Positions 1-11,697 of a stretch of DNA of 64,000 bases are shown piece after piece; the stretch's first letter is position 1; each line of letters begins with the position of its first letter. Under the pieces are notes generated by a model. It was not told the origin of the DNA. It worked only from the letters and a program-made list of their open reading frames with translations, and searched no databases. Source of the DNA: Octopus vulgaris (taxonomy: Eukaryota); NCBI GenBank assembly GCA_951406725.2, contig OX597830.1, positions 2,728,001 through 2,792,000 of the forward strand. Direction: 5' to 3'. The translations under genes were made by a program, and so were the position numbers.

Positions 1-64
1 TAACAGAAAACGATCACAGCCACATCATCCAAACAGACTGGGTGATACCGGGCTTAGCTGCTAG
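1..64 (+). mobile_element. 3' end of a non-autonomous Helitron (truncated by window start)
   Basis: Short imperfect GC-rich hairpin (CTGGGTGATACCGGG), then CTAG|T at 61-65; same terminal layout as the elements at 46355 and 58252. Confidence 0.5.
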
Positions 65-423
65 TATATATATATATATATATATATATGCAGGCTAGAA
101 TGTCTAGTGGGGGGACAGGTTGTTTAGCTAGTAAGCTAGCTCAGGTCAGGGATGTGTGTACACACATTCACACACACACCCACTTGTACATGCACTCACA
201 CAAGGGACATTGGCCCACCCACCCATATGGTCAATTTCAGTGGTAGTTCGTATAGTTTATAGTTGGAAGACAATCTTACCAGTGGTCTGTCATCACAGTC
301 TCTTCATCAGGGACAGCAACAGGATGGGTCGAAACGATGACCATTGTACAAAATAAAGATTAATACTAAATCCATCTTCTGGCTACTTAAGAAATTATTA
401 TTATTATCTCAATTAGCACTTTT

Positions 424-2124
424 AATGTTGACGAACCTGACTCAACAGGTTTCTTCAAGAACTGCAGGTCACTCTACGATCCAAGGTTAGCACAGCAGGC
501 CATCCTGCGAGCCATGGACTCACTTCATTTGTCGGGTCTTCGAAGTCACAGCATATCTCCAGAGGTCTCGGTCTTTCGTCATAGCCTCTGTGAGGCTCCA
601 AGTACGAAGGTCATGCTTGACCACCTCGTCCCATGTCTTCCTGTGTCTACCTCTAACCTGGATTCCTTCAACAGTTTGGGAGTGGCACTTCTTCACACAT
701 CTCTCCTCGTTCATCCTTAGTACATGATCGTACCAATGCAATCGTCTCTCCTGCACACTGCATCCAACATTTCTCTCATGGACACTGACATTACACATCT
801 AGCTTCCTTTCTTTCAAGCCTACGCATGTACTCTACAGTCACAGCCCACGTTTCACTGCCATGAAGCATAGCAGTTCGCATACATGCATCATACAACGTG
901 CCTTTCACTCTGAGCGAGAGACCCTTTGTCGCCAGTAGGGGGGGAAGCTTTAAACTTTGCCCAAGCTATCTATACGGATAGCTGGTCCTTCTACTGGGTC
1001 AATATTTGGCAGGCTCTCCTCCTCCCACTCGTTCTCCACATTCAGCAGTCTCACGGAGTGGCTTCTCCAAGCCTCTTTCTTTTCAGAATCACAAAAAGCA
1101 AGTGCCCCATCATCCATTCGAACACATTTCTCCCCTGTGACATCACAATTTTCTCTCACACACTGTCTTGCAATCCGAAATACCTTAGTTCTTTGGTCCT
1201 CACGTCTCTGGACATTGGCAAACATCTTCTTTTCCGCTATGCTCTTGGCTATGTATACCTGCTGCCTAGCCTCCCTTCTGGTTACCTGGTACCGTTCCCA
1301 GCTACCTCCATCCTTCCAGGCTTTTCAGGCCTGTTTCTTTGCCCTGATGGCCTTGTCTACTGTGGAATACCACCACCACGTAACTCTAGCTCTGGAAGGG
1401 ACTTTGCACCAGCCAGAGACTTGGTCTGTGGCACTCAGCAAGCTGTCCCATAGGAATTTCCAGCTACCTTCTATGTCCGATGTCTGTAGCTCCTCCTCCC
1501 TCTTCTCAAATTTCTTGATGAGGATGTCCCTAAATCTCTGACCATGTGAAGGGTTCTTTAGCTTCCAAATCCTTCTTTTTTGGATTGGTTTGCTTCTTGG
1601 TATCCTTCTGGCCTCAAGCGTAAAGTCACTAATGACTAGCCTATGCTGGGGGGTACATTCTTCACCTGGGAGTGTCTTTGCATTTAAGAGCAACCCTGCG
1701 TCCCGCTGTCTGGTGAGGATGAAATCAATCTGGCTAGAAGAGTCACCTGATTGATAGGTTATCAGGTGGCTGTCTGGCTTCCTGAAGTTAGTGTTGCAGA
1801 TTAGAAGGTTACATGCATCACAGAATTCCAGTAGCCTGGTTCCCTCATCGTTTTGAGTGCCAATACCATGGCTACCGTGTACCTCAGTGAAGATACCTGC
1901 TTCCCGCCCGACATGCCCATTAAAACTTCCAGCCACGAAGATGTGGTCATTGCCACTCGTCTTTGAGGTAGCCTGTAGAAGGGTGTCATAAAAGTGGTCC
2001 TTTTGATCATTTGGTAGCCCCGCATGTGGGGCATAGGCGGAGATGATAGCAGTTGGGTTATTCTGCATTACTAGCCTAAGCTTAAGCACTCTATTGCAGA
2101 CCCTAACAACCTCTATAACCTTAT
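424..2124 (-). mobile_element. RTE-clade LINE relic: APE endonuclease and linker fused directly to the C-terminal region (RT core deleted)
   Basis: ORF 1325..2329 has APE motifs (ISAYAP, GSFNGHVG, NDEGTRLLEFC, SQIDFIL, PQHRLV); ORFs 520-908 have the RTE C-terminus (LYDACMRTAMLHGSETWA, LHWYDHVLRM, GRHRKTW). Confidence 0.9.
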
Positions 2125-2287
2125 ATATATGTATAGTTGTGCATGTTTGTATAAATGACATATATGTATATTTGTGTGTGTGTGTGTAGACAGATGGATA
2201 GATAGATTGATTGACAGACAGAGAGCCAGGTGGATAAATGCATACATACATATGTATATAAATATGTATGTTTGTATGCAAGTAAAT

Positions 2288-2320
<33 letters not shown>

Positions 2321-2339
2321 CATACACAATATTTGTTAC

Positions 2340-3130
2340 CCTCACTTTCTGATTCTTGATTTTACTCAACTTCATATTTTTTGTCGTTCATTCGTTGAAT
2401 CATAACTCAATCTCTGAAATATTTGTCCTGTAAGTAACAGCAATTCTAAATGCTGAAATGGCAACTTATCTTAAACCTAACTGACTAACAACCATTGATC
2501 GAAGTGCCCCAGCATGACTACAGTTCAGTGTCTGTAATCAGTATAATCAGTAAAATAATAAACAGACTAATCAATACCATTCAGCTGGTCATCTATACAT
2601 TCCAAACAGCAGTGTCCCACCAATAGCCACAGTCCATCTTGGAGACAAAGAAATCTCCACATTTAGCATATAGTATTTTACAGCCCTCAGATAGCAGTGA
2701 AACTTGAGAATGCAAGCAGGTTGCTATTTGGTAAATGGATATTCCTACTTCACCAAAGTTAAATTGCAAGCTGCTTCTATTCTTAAGTTTGGCTTCTGTC
2801 GCAGAGCTGCACAATGCTAAATGTATGAGTTTCTTTGTGTAGAATTTGGACTGCAGCTGTAGGTGGAACATTGCTGTTTAGAAGACATAGAAGAAGACCA
2901 GAAGAATTGCATTGATTACATCTCGTTGCTATTTTGCTGGTTATAAACACTAGAGTGTGGCCATGCTGGGGCATGTGTCTCAATGGGTTAGTCAATTAGT
3001 TTTAAGATAACTTGCCATTTCAGCATTTAAAGTTACTACTACCAACACAACACAGTATAAGTATTTCAGAGATTGAGGAATGAGTGATAAAAAATATTTA
3101 GTCGAGTAAAATTAAGAATCAAGAAGAGTG
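2340..3130. repeat. Long diverged palindrome (fold-back element), arms about 390 bp, centre near 2740
   Basis: TAAATGCTGAAATGGCAACTTATCTTAAA (~2448) is near-complementary to TTTAAGATAACTTGCCATTTCAGCATTTA (~3001); CAAAGAAATCTCCACATTTAGCAT matches ATGCTAAATGTATGAGTTTCTTTG in reverse complement; pairing continues to the centre. Confidence 0.8.
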
Positions 3131-3187
3131 GAAAAGAGAAAGTATATGTATGAGCATACATACATATATATACATATACATGTATAT

Positions 3188-4354
3188 CATCATCATCATC
3201 ATCATCGTTTAACGTCTGTTTTCTGCACTAGCATGGGTTGGACGGTTTGACCGGGGTCTGGGAAGCCAGGGGCTGCACCAGGCTCCAGTCTGATCTGGCA
3301 GAGTTTCTACAGCTTGATGCCCTTCCTAACGCCAACCACTCCGCGAGTGTAGTGGGTGCTTTTTACGTGCCACCTGCACAGGTGCCAGGGGGGTCCGGCA
3401 TCGGTTGGAGCTTTCAACGTGCCACCGGCACGGAAGCCAGCCAAGGTGGCGCTGGCAACGGCCACGTTCGGATGGTGCTTTTCATGTGCCACCGGCACTG
3501 GAGCCAGTCGAGGCAGCGCTGGGATCGGCCACATTTGGACGGTGCTTGTTATGTACTACCGGCAAAGAAGCCAGTCAAGGCGGCACTGGCGTCGGCCACG
3601 TTCGGATGGTGCTTTTTATGTGCCACCGGCACAGGTATCACATCTACTATTTCCATTGATATTTATTTCGATGTTCATGTTCATATACTTGACTCAACAG
3701 GTCTCCTCAAGCACAGCGCAATGTTCTGGAATCCAGGATACTTTGAATGGGCAGGGGCTATGCGGAGCTGGTGGAGGAAGCAGCCCGGGTCTTTGCAGTC
3801 ACAGCATATCTCCAGAGATCTCGATCCTTCGCCATTGCCTCAGTGAGGCCCAACGCTCTGAGGTCATGCTTGACTACCTCATCCCATGTCTTCCTGGGTC
3901 TACCTCTCCCCCTGATACCTTCAACTGTTTGGGAGTGGCACTTCTTCACACATCTCTCCTCATCCATCCGCAGTACATGACCATACCATCGCTCTTGCAC
4001 ACCACATCTGATGCTTCTTATATCCAGCATTTCTCTCAGGGTGCTTACACTCTGTCATGCATGCACACTGACATTACACATCCAGTGGATCCTGCTAGCT
4101 TCATTTCTTTCAAGTCTACGCATGTCCTCTGCAGTCACAGCCCATGTTTCACTATGGTGAAGCATGGCGGTTCGCATACATGCATCATACAATCTACCTT
4201 TCACTCTGAGTGAGAGACCCTTTGTCGCCAGTAGGGGTAGGAGCTTTCTGAACTTTGCCCAGGCTATTCGTATTCTAGTGGTGACACTCTCTGAGCATCC
4301 ACCTCCACTATGAACTACTTCTAGTTTCTCCCCCTGGAGTGTGATGGAATCTGT
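3188..4354 (-). mobile_element. 5'-truncated RTE LINE with complete 3'UTR and (GAT)n tail
   Basis: C-terminal ORF remnants (RWYGHVLRMDEERCVKK, GRPRKTW); 3' motif GGCGTTAGGAAGGGCATC on the minus strand; (CAT)n at ~3188-3207; possible TGTATAT target duplication. Confidence 0.92.
3355..3632 (-). repeat. 67-bp tandem repeat array in RTE 3'UTR with GTGCC-ACC-GGCAC hairpin cores
   Basis: Core GGTGCTTTTTAYGTGCCACCGGCAC (with variants) starts at 3355, 3407, 3474, 3541 and 3608. Confidence 0.85.
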
Positions 4355-4415
4355 ATATGTGTTTGTAAATGTGTATCTCTCTTTCCCCCACTCTCTCTCT
4401 CAATATTTATATATA

Positions 4416-4831
4416 TTACTCTTTACTCTTTTACTCTTTTACTTGTTTCAGTCATTTGACTGTGGCCATGCTGGAGCACCGCCTTTAATCGAGCAACTCG
4501 ACCCCGGGACTTATTTTTTTTTGTAAGCCCAGTACTTATTCTATCGGTCTCTTTTGCTGAACCGCTAAGTAATGGGGACATAAACACACCAGCATCGGTT
4601 GTCAAGCAATGCTAGGGACACAAACACAGACGCACAAACACACACACGCATATATATATATACATATATACGACGGGCTTCTTTCAGTTTCCATCTACCA
4701 AATCAACTCACAAGGCTTTGGTGGGCCCGAGACTATAGTAGAAGACACTTGCCCAAGGTGCCACACAGTGGGACTGAACCCGGAACCATGTGGTTGGTAA
4801 ACAAGCTACTTACCACACAGCCACTCCTGCG

Positions 4832-4835
<4 letters not shown>
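4416..4835 (-). mobile_element. Full-length tRNA-derived SINE, family A (CORE-like domain, internal microsatellite, (AAAAGAGT)n tail)
   Basis: Minus strand has A box TGGCTGTGTGG, B box GGTTCAGTCCC, then ACCTTGGGCAAGT, internal (TA)/(TG) tract and repeated tail; several homologues in the window. Confidence 0.88.
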
Positions 4836-4889
<54 letters not shown>

Positions 4890-5009
4890 TTATATATATA
4901 TAAAATTAAATAATAAGTGTAGAAATTAATATTATTAAAAAATACCAATTTGAACCAGTGATCAGCATACGTAAAAAAAAACGTCCGAGGACTGTAAATT
5001 ACATTTAAA

Positions 5010-5592
5010 TATAATTAAGGGGAGAGACCACTAAGTGGATTCCTTTCAAGCTAAAAATAGACTTCAAACCATCCTACCACAAAAAATGTATTTTCAAATT
5101 AGCAAGACACTAGATGTTTACGAGCCACTTAATTCCATATCTTAAGGTTTCACCATAAACAACTCAATTATTGTGTGTGGCTCCACAGTGATTTCGGTGC
5201 TAAGACATAACAATGGAACTAGACTCCACCCATATCCATGAGAGGATACGCATGTATAGAGTTCCACTATTATGCATTGTAACTTCAATTGAAAAGTCCT
5301 CATATTAGCCCACCCAGCCAGAGAATAAATGCAGTGAATCAACTGGACACAGATATTTAAAATAAATAATAAAGGAACTGATTCTGCTGAGAAGCCACAG
5401 ACAATAATCAAATTGTTTTTGGCAAAACCTTAAGGAATGGAATTAAGGGCTATGTTTATTTCATTTCATTTGTCTAGATTGTAAACATCTGGCGTCTTGC
5501 TAATTTGAGAACACATTTTTCGTGGTAGGATGGTTTGGTGTCTATTTTTAGCATACAAGGAATCCACTTAGTGGTCTCTCCTCTTATTTATA
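5010..5592. repeat. Fold-back element with arms of about 180-200 bp
   Basis: GGAGAGACCACTAAGTGGATTCCTT...AGATGTTTAC (5021-5121) is near reverse-complementary to 5481-5581; 5126-5190 pairs with 5385-5449. Confidence 0.85.
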
Positions 5593-5784
5593 TAAACATA
5601 TATATATAGAATGGTTGTATACTGTCAATCTAACAAGAACGTGACAGTAGGGGGTACACGACCGCTGTATAGCCCTAGGAAGCATCGAACGCCTCCTGAT
5701 AGCTTTGACACATTTTTTCCCTGTGTCCTATATAATGATAAATCTCCGAGCGAGTTATAAACAGTAGCGGTAACACATCGTGAC

Positions 5785-6016
5785 GCATATTTGCCATTTG
5801 AATATGGCTAACCTCTAAGGGTGGATGCTACTGTAGTTTGTAGCCCTCCAGCTGGCTATAGACACACTATCTGTGCCCTATCAGTATTTGTGAAGGGTGA
5901 CTTCCCTTCACAAATACTGATAGGGCACAGATAGTGTGTCTATAGCCAGCTGGAGGGCTACAAACTACAGTAGCATCCACCCTTAGAGGTTAGCCATATT
6001 CAAATGGCAAATATGC
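5785..6016. repeat. Perfect 113-bp inverted repeat with 6-nt loop (TGACTT)
   Basis: 5785-5897 is the exact reverse complement of 5904-6016; extends to 5780-6021 with one mismatch. Confidence 0.97.
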
Positions 6017-6056
<40 letters not shown>

Positions 6057-6059
6057 TTA

Positions 6060-6240
6060 CCACACATGAAAAGCAGCCAGCACACTTTGTTAAATCGTTG
6101 GTGTTAAGAACCTTGCTGCAACAGGCAACTGGAGTCTGGCCAGCTGCCAGTTGGCCAGCTCCATGTCAAACCATGCAACGCATGGCAGTATGGAAAGTGG
6201 ACATTAAACATTGATGATTATGTTGATGATGATGATGGTG
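6060..6240 (+). mobile_element. Degenerate RTE 3' tail fragment
   Basis: AAAAGCA...GTTGGTGTTAAGAA...ATGGAAAGTGGACATTAAA followed by (GAT)n. Confidence 0.6.
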
Positions 6241-6461
6241 ATATGTATAGCTAGACAGACAGACAGACAGACAGATAGACAGATAAACTGATAGACAGAT
6301 AGATAGATAGATAGTTTTCTCCAAGGATGGAAAGAATAGAATAGGTTAAACACAGACTGCAGTCGTTCCACAGGAAAGCCAGTTTGAAATATACAGAGAA
6401 CCAGGTTGGCTAATCTTCAGGTTCTGTCACCTAAAGTTATTTGCATTGTCACACGGAGATG

Positions 6462-6510
<49 letters not shown>

Positions 6511-7399
6511 GAGTGTGTGTATTTGTGTATGTATGTCTAGACAAAGTATGTCAACTGTGTTGTCTCTGTAGCTAAGACATGTGTGGTTGCTCCGTTGCTC
6601 CATTGACCTAGCAGTACATCAAACTCTTTTTTCGTTCCTGTCAATAGTTAGTGTTTCTCAATCTTATTCCTTGGATATTCTTTAAAGTCACACCCAGGAT
6701 CATCTACTTTGACCACTGGGTACTTAATAGATATTTAAATAAAAGCAAATATATTTTGTAATTAAATAGATTTTGAGTGCTAGATAATATGTTTGTTATA
6801 GGATTATTGTTCAGTAACGAAATACTCAATGAGTTTTATATTTATTACATTTTTTACTTGACATTGCTCACTAAGCAAATAAGAAAAATAAATGTTTTTA
6901 ATGTTAAAAGAACATTTTTCAAATTAAAGGTCAACTTTTGATGGCAGTTCTTCTGTTTGATCTGCAGACACACTTTTTTGAATGGACTCTTTTAAGAATT
7001 ATTTATTGTCATTTCGTATTGCAATAATCTCTGTCTTGTACATGATCTTTTCACTTTGAATATGTATTCCGATATAACTTGATGCTCAGTGACACATAGA
7101 TTGTACTCAAAATTACAAAGAATCCTGTTCTTGCATGACTAAACTGCAGACTATGACATTGTTCCATTTCCATCATTGCCTTCATCAGAACAAGATGCTT
7201 AACATGGTTAATCTTGATTTTCAAGATTAACCATATTGTTGCTAATACCCTGGAAACTTTGTATAAATCCCAATATTTCGGTTAACGAAATCCGATCCTA
7301 ATTAATTTTTATCTTCAACACTTTTGGAATGGATTTACTAAAGAGCTTGTTGGTGCTGTTCTTGGTATTTCTAGTGTGTTTTACCAAACATTAAACCAT

Positions 7400-8400
7400 G
7401 GAAATTTTCTCTATGTTCACCTTCAGAAATTCTTTCATGGAACATAAAAATTGATAAAATTTTTCAATATAGTCTCCAAGGAATAACAGGTTTACCAAAA
7501 GTTCGTATAATATTAAGTACAAAGAGCACATCTATAATTACATGCACTTTTAGATGTAAATTGGCAGAGAATGTTAAAGATAGGAAATTCACTGTTGATT
7601 AAATTGCTTTATAAAAATGGATTTTATGTTGATATTTGAAATTCATGGTAATTCCATTATTTATTGGTTTTATGAGAGAAATGATTTTGTGTGTAAAATA
7701 AGAAGGAAAATATTTCCATGATCTGAAATTGTGTGAGGATTGGGCTTCCATTAAGAAAAGGTCAAAACCATTTTGTGTCTAAAGATGCAGCCGTTTTGTA
7801 TAAATGAAGTCAAACTGCAACCACAAATTCATAAGTAAAAGAATTTGAAAAGATTCTTTATCTATTCGTGCAAATCTTAAGACAGACAGGAAATGGTATT
7901 ATTCCTTTCAAGACCATACAATGATGGAGCTTACCAAACACTAAAAGTTCGTCTTGTGTTCACCAGAGGTAACTGTGCTTCTTTTTATTCTGCATCAACC
8001 ATTCACACTTGCTTCATTAGAACTTGCCAATGTCTTCCTTGGTAAACATCTGATAAAAGACAGTTCGTTTCATTGGTGCTTTATATTTGATCAATCAGAA
8101 CATGTCATGTCCTTAATGTTTCTTAAATCCAATCTACCAACCGACCGAGAAAACAACTGAAGCCACGAAAACCCTTTTTGCATCAAAATATTTATCTTTG
8201 ACTGAAATCAAAGCCCCACATACAGCTATGTCAGCCAATCACTTCAATAAATCCCATTCTTGTAATATTTAATCTCAGTTTTCACATTTTGTTTTCTGCA
8301 GATTCCACCTCTTTGGTTTTGTTCCAATTAGAATTAGAACAACCAATAGTATCTTTGAATTATTGTTTTCTTCGTTGCATGTTCTGTAAAGTCAATGATC
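7400..8400 (-). mobile_element. Highly degraded Tigger/pogo (CENP-B-like DDE) transposase relic
   Basis: Minus-strand frameshifted pieces FSVGW*..FKKH, NET..FYQM.LPRKTLASSNEASVNG and FSLIKPINNGITMNFKYQ resemble pogo motifs (S.GWL..FK, DETGLF, TS.IQPMDQGII..FK). Confidence 0.55.
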
Positions 8401-9040
8401 CAAATTGAATTATTCTTTAGTTACTACCAAATCTGTAGTAAAGTTCTAAAGTATGAAAACTCAAGCACAAAAATAAGAAGTCTGAGACGATGCATCAAGT
8501 TCTTTCTACATATATGTTTTGCATTTAAACAAATCCATCTTTGAGAAAACACAAAGAGGCTATAGACTTAAAGCAAGCAAAGTTTTATTTGAAATTAAAA
8601 CACAATCAAAACATTTTAAGGTAAGATCACAAATATATATAAAATGTACTTGAAATTAAAATCCAATAAAATCATAAGTGTTACACAATTATTGCACATT
8701 TGGATTTAAAACGGAAATAAAGTTTTCATTGTTGCAAAGTTATCTATTATTTTATGGCAATCCACCTCAGAAGTCAATTATATTGAAATGGAGAGCAAAG
8801 CTAGACCAGATTATCTATCATGACACTTTGTAGAAATAATGTACAACTTTATTCACAAGGAGCAGGGAGAAAGTTCCATTTCTACTACAACAGACATCCT
8901 TTCTTGCTAAAGGGAAAAAATACACATCCATTCCCTGATAGTTTGGACACCAAAATACACACACACACATACACACACACATACACTTGAATATAACAAT
9001 ATACATGCTCTTTACACTTTCTAAAATGAATATGCACATA

Positions 9041-9079
9041 TGTGTGTGTATGTGTGTGTGTGTGTATGTGTGTGTGTGT

Positions 9080-9164
<85 letters not shown>
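9041..9164. repeat. (TG)n microsatellite
   Basis: Direct reading. Confidence 0.98.
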
Positions 9165-9165
<1 letters not shown>

Positions 9166-9509
9166 TAGACTACATATGTCTCCAGGATTTCCAGAAAGAA
9201 AACTATTTTGAATTTTCGTTTGGAATTGTTAAATATTCCAAGCGTATAAAATGCTTCTCTGTTTATAGAAATCATCCAAACAATTGTTAAAGAAGATTTT
9301 GCTTCATTTTTAATTATTCTACAAAACTAATCATTAATTAAAACAAATACTAATTACAGGAGAATAATGGAAGAGAACTGCTCCTATATAACAGTTCATG
9401 CATCACATACTTAATGAATTAATCTCCCAAAATGACGAGATACAACCAGAAAATATATTTGCAAGAAAAGTTCATACACTAATCCTAATTTATTTCATGT
9501 CAGCTCCCC

Positions 9510-9905
9510 CTCTCTCGCTCTCTCTCTCTCTCTCTCCCTCTCTCTCGCTCTCTCTATCTCTCTCTCACTCTCTCTCTCTCTCTCTCTATCTCTATATCTC
9601 TGTCTCGCTCTCTCTCATGCTCTCTCTCTCTCACTCTCTCTCTCTTACTCTCTCTCTTGCTCTCTCTCTTTCTCTTGCTCTCTCTCTCTCTCGCTCTCTT
9701 GCTCTCTCTCTCTCACTCTCTCTCTCTTGCTCTCTCTATCTCTCTCTCTCTCGATCTCTCGATCTCTCTCTCTCGCACTCTCTCTCGCTCTCTTTCTCTC
9801 GTGCTCTCTCTCTCTCTCACTCTCTCTCTTGCTCTCTTGTTCTCTCTCTCTCTCTTGCTCTCTTGTTCTCTCTCTCTCTTTCTCTCCCTCCCTCTTTCTC
9901 TTCTC
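9510..9905. repeat. Imperfect (CT)n tract, about 400 bp
   Basis: Direct reading. Confidence 0.98.
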
Positions 9906-10157
9906 ACATGTATTTGTATCTTTCTATGCTACATGAATTCTCCTAATTAGAAAGAGCATATGACACACTTGGTTGCAAGCTTTAGGCTAAATGCCTTCCG
10001 CCACAACTACTAATGTGGCCGTTTATGGCACACACACACACACACATACATATTATTAATTAACTACGGACTATTACACTAATTAAATGACACCTGCTAA
10101 TACATGTGAAGCTTCTTCAACTCTGTTGACAGTTTTTCTTTTCTTCATATTTCCCAG

Positions 10158-10191
10158 GTGTGGCCATTCCTTGTAATGATGGTCTTCATAG
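10158..10191 (+). CDS. Candidate 34-nt coding micro-exon (VWPFLVMMVFI-G), hydrophobic
   Basis: Pyrimidine-rich acceptor TTTTCTTCATATTTCCCAG, donor GTAAAT, open hydrophobic frame, lies in non-repeat DNA. Confidence 0.4.
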
Positions 10192-10672
10192 GTAAATAAC
10201 TGCGACTCCATTTAATTAACTTGGCTCTCAATCAGCATTGTCTCATATTCTTGATTTATTATACTTTAGCTCTTGTCATTGATTTAATAAGTAAACTTAA
10301 AGTCTATTACTCAAAGCAAAATGGTAAAGTTTATATTGAAGAGTGGAAAGGAAGCTGTTCTGCAGCAAGAATAATCAAATAACGAGCAGAATATCAGAAG
10401 TGATCTTGAATAAATAGATTTAATTTGCAAAAGTTTCTTGGATAAATTTCTAGGACTAATTGTGAGCGTGATTATCTTTCAGGGATTATCAGGATAAATA
10501 CCGAATTCTATGACGATATAAATAACTTTGTTTATTGGTAATTACCAGGACAAAGTGTATTACTATTGGAATAATATATGGTCGTTGTTTTGTTGCGAGA
10601 CATAAATTCTTGGGTGAAATAAACAAATTTAATTGGAGTGAAAAATGTAAAAAAAACCATTTCACTGAACAG

Positions 10673-10697
10673 GTTTGGCAACAATAAGTATCTTCAG
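10673..10697 (+). CDS. Candidate 25-nt micro-exon (G-LATISIF-R/S) in phase with 10158-10191
   Basis: Acceptor TTTCACTGAACAG, consensus donor CAG|GTAAGT; continues the hydrophobic frame. Confidence 0.38.
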
Positions 10698-11459
10698 GTA
10701 AGTTTTTCTTGTCACTTTTTTATATCTTTGATGTTTTATCTCCATCTTTCCTAGTATTCTTCAAGACATTTTACTTCCCATGTTTTTTTTTTTTTGTTAC
10801 TGTGTATGGTGGAGGTGTATAATATTTTATGAATCATTTCTGTTTTCGATTTTAAATAAAACCAAAAATGATATCAATCAGATAAAATATTTCAACTCAA
10901 AATTTCTTTCTTATATATATATTTTTTTCCTTAAATAAAAATACAAAAAAAAATGTTTGAAACATTTCTTAAAAGCTGTGATAAATTTTCTCAACGTTTT
11001 CACAACAAACTAAAAAAAACAAAAAACAAACTTGTTTCAGTTTTTATTTTGGAACTTGTGGAATTCTTGAAATGTCCGACTGCTGATTGAAGAATCAAAT
11101 ATTCCATTTCATTTATTCATGTTATTCCATGTTGTTGGTAAATCTATTTAACACTCCACCATCCCTTCTATGAAGTCAATGTTTTTTATAACCAAGGAAA
11201 CATTTGTGGTTTTGAACTGAAGCCAAACAAAGACACGATGCATCTGACAATGGTTCCTACCAACAACAAGGGATTAGACTGTCTGATATTTCCAGCAGAT
11301 CAGGTAGCAAATATGTTACTTTGATGAGCTACATGTTGTGTAGTGGCTTTCATCCATAATCATAAACTTGTACATTTCAGTTACGAAAGCTTTAGCTCTT
11401 CTGTTTTATATATTCTGAAAGTTGAATCACCCATGTGATGCCACTTAGCACCACTAATA

Positions 11460-11697
11460 CCTATTTCTTTACTCCCCACAAGGGGCTAAACACAGAGGAG
11501 ACAAACAAGGACAGACATAGGTATTAAGTCGATTACATCGACCCCAGTGCGTAACTGGTACTTAATTTATCGACCCCGAAAGGATGAAAGGCAAAGTCGA
11601 CCTCGGCGGAATTTGAACTCACAACGTAACGGCAGACGAAATACCACGAAGCATTTTGCCCAGCATGCTAACGTTTCTGCCAGCTTGCCACCTTTAG
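11460..11697 (-). mobile_element. Full-length tRNA-derived SINE, family B
   Basis: Minus strand has A box TGGCAGAAACGTTAG, B box GAGTTCAAATTC, central GCCTTTCATCCTTTCGGGGTCGATAAATTAAGTACCA; degenerate 17-bp TSD TTAGCACCACTAATACC / TTAGCACTACATATACC. Confidence 0.88.

Noticed and set aside
926-1541. Plus-strand ORFs of 175 and 194 aa (and 3238-4213)
   Set aside because: Antisense shadows of RTE sequence
3355-3632. CRISPR-like array of palindromic repeats with spacers
   Set aside because: Linkers are homologous to each other, the array lies inside a LINE 3'UTR in eukaryotic DNA, and there are no cas genes
4770-4835. tRNA gene
   Set aside because: A and B boxes belong to a SINE head; no full cloverleaf
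5213-5266. TGGAACT..AGTTCCA stem in the fold-back spacer as a ribozyme
   Set aside because: Neither CUGANGA nor GAAA box is present
7160-7200. CTGATGA..GAAA on the minus strand with short flanking complementarity
   Set aside because: No stem II or III; not a credible hammerhead
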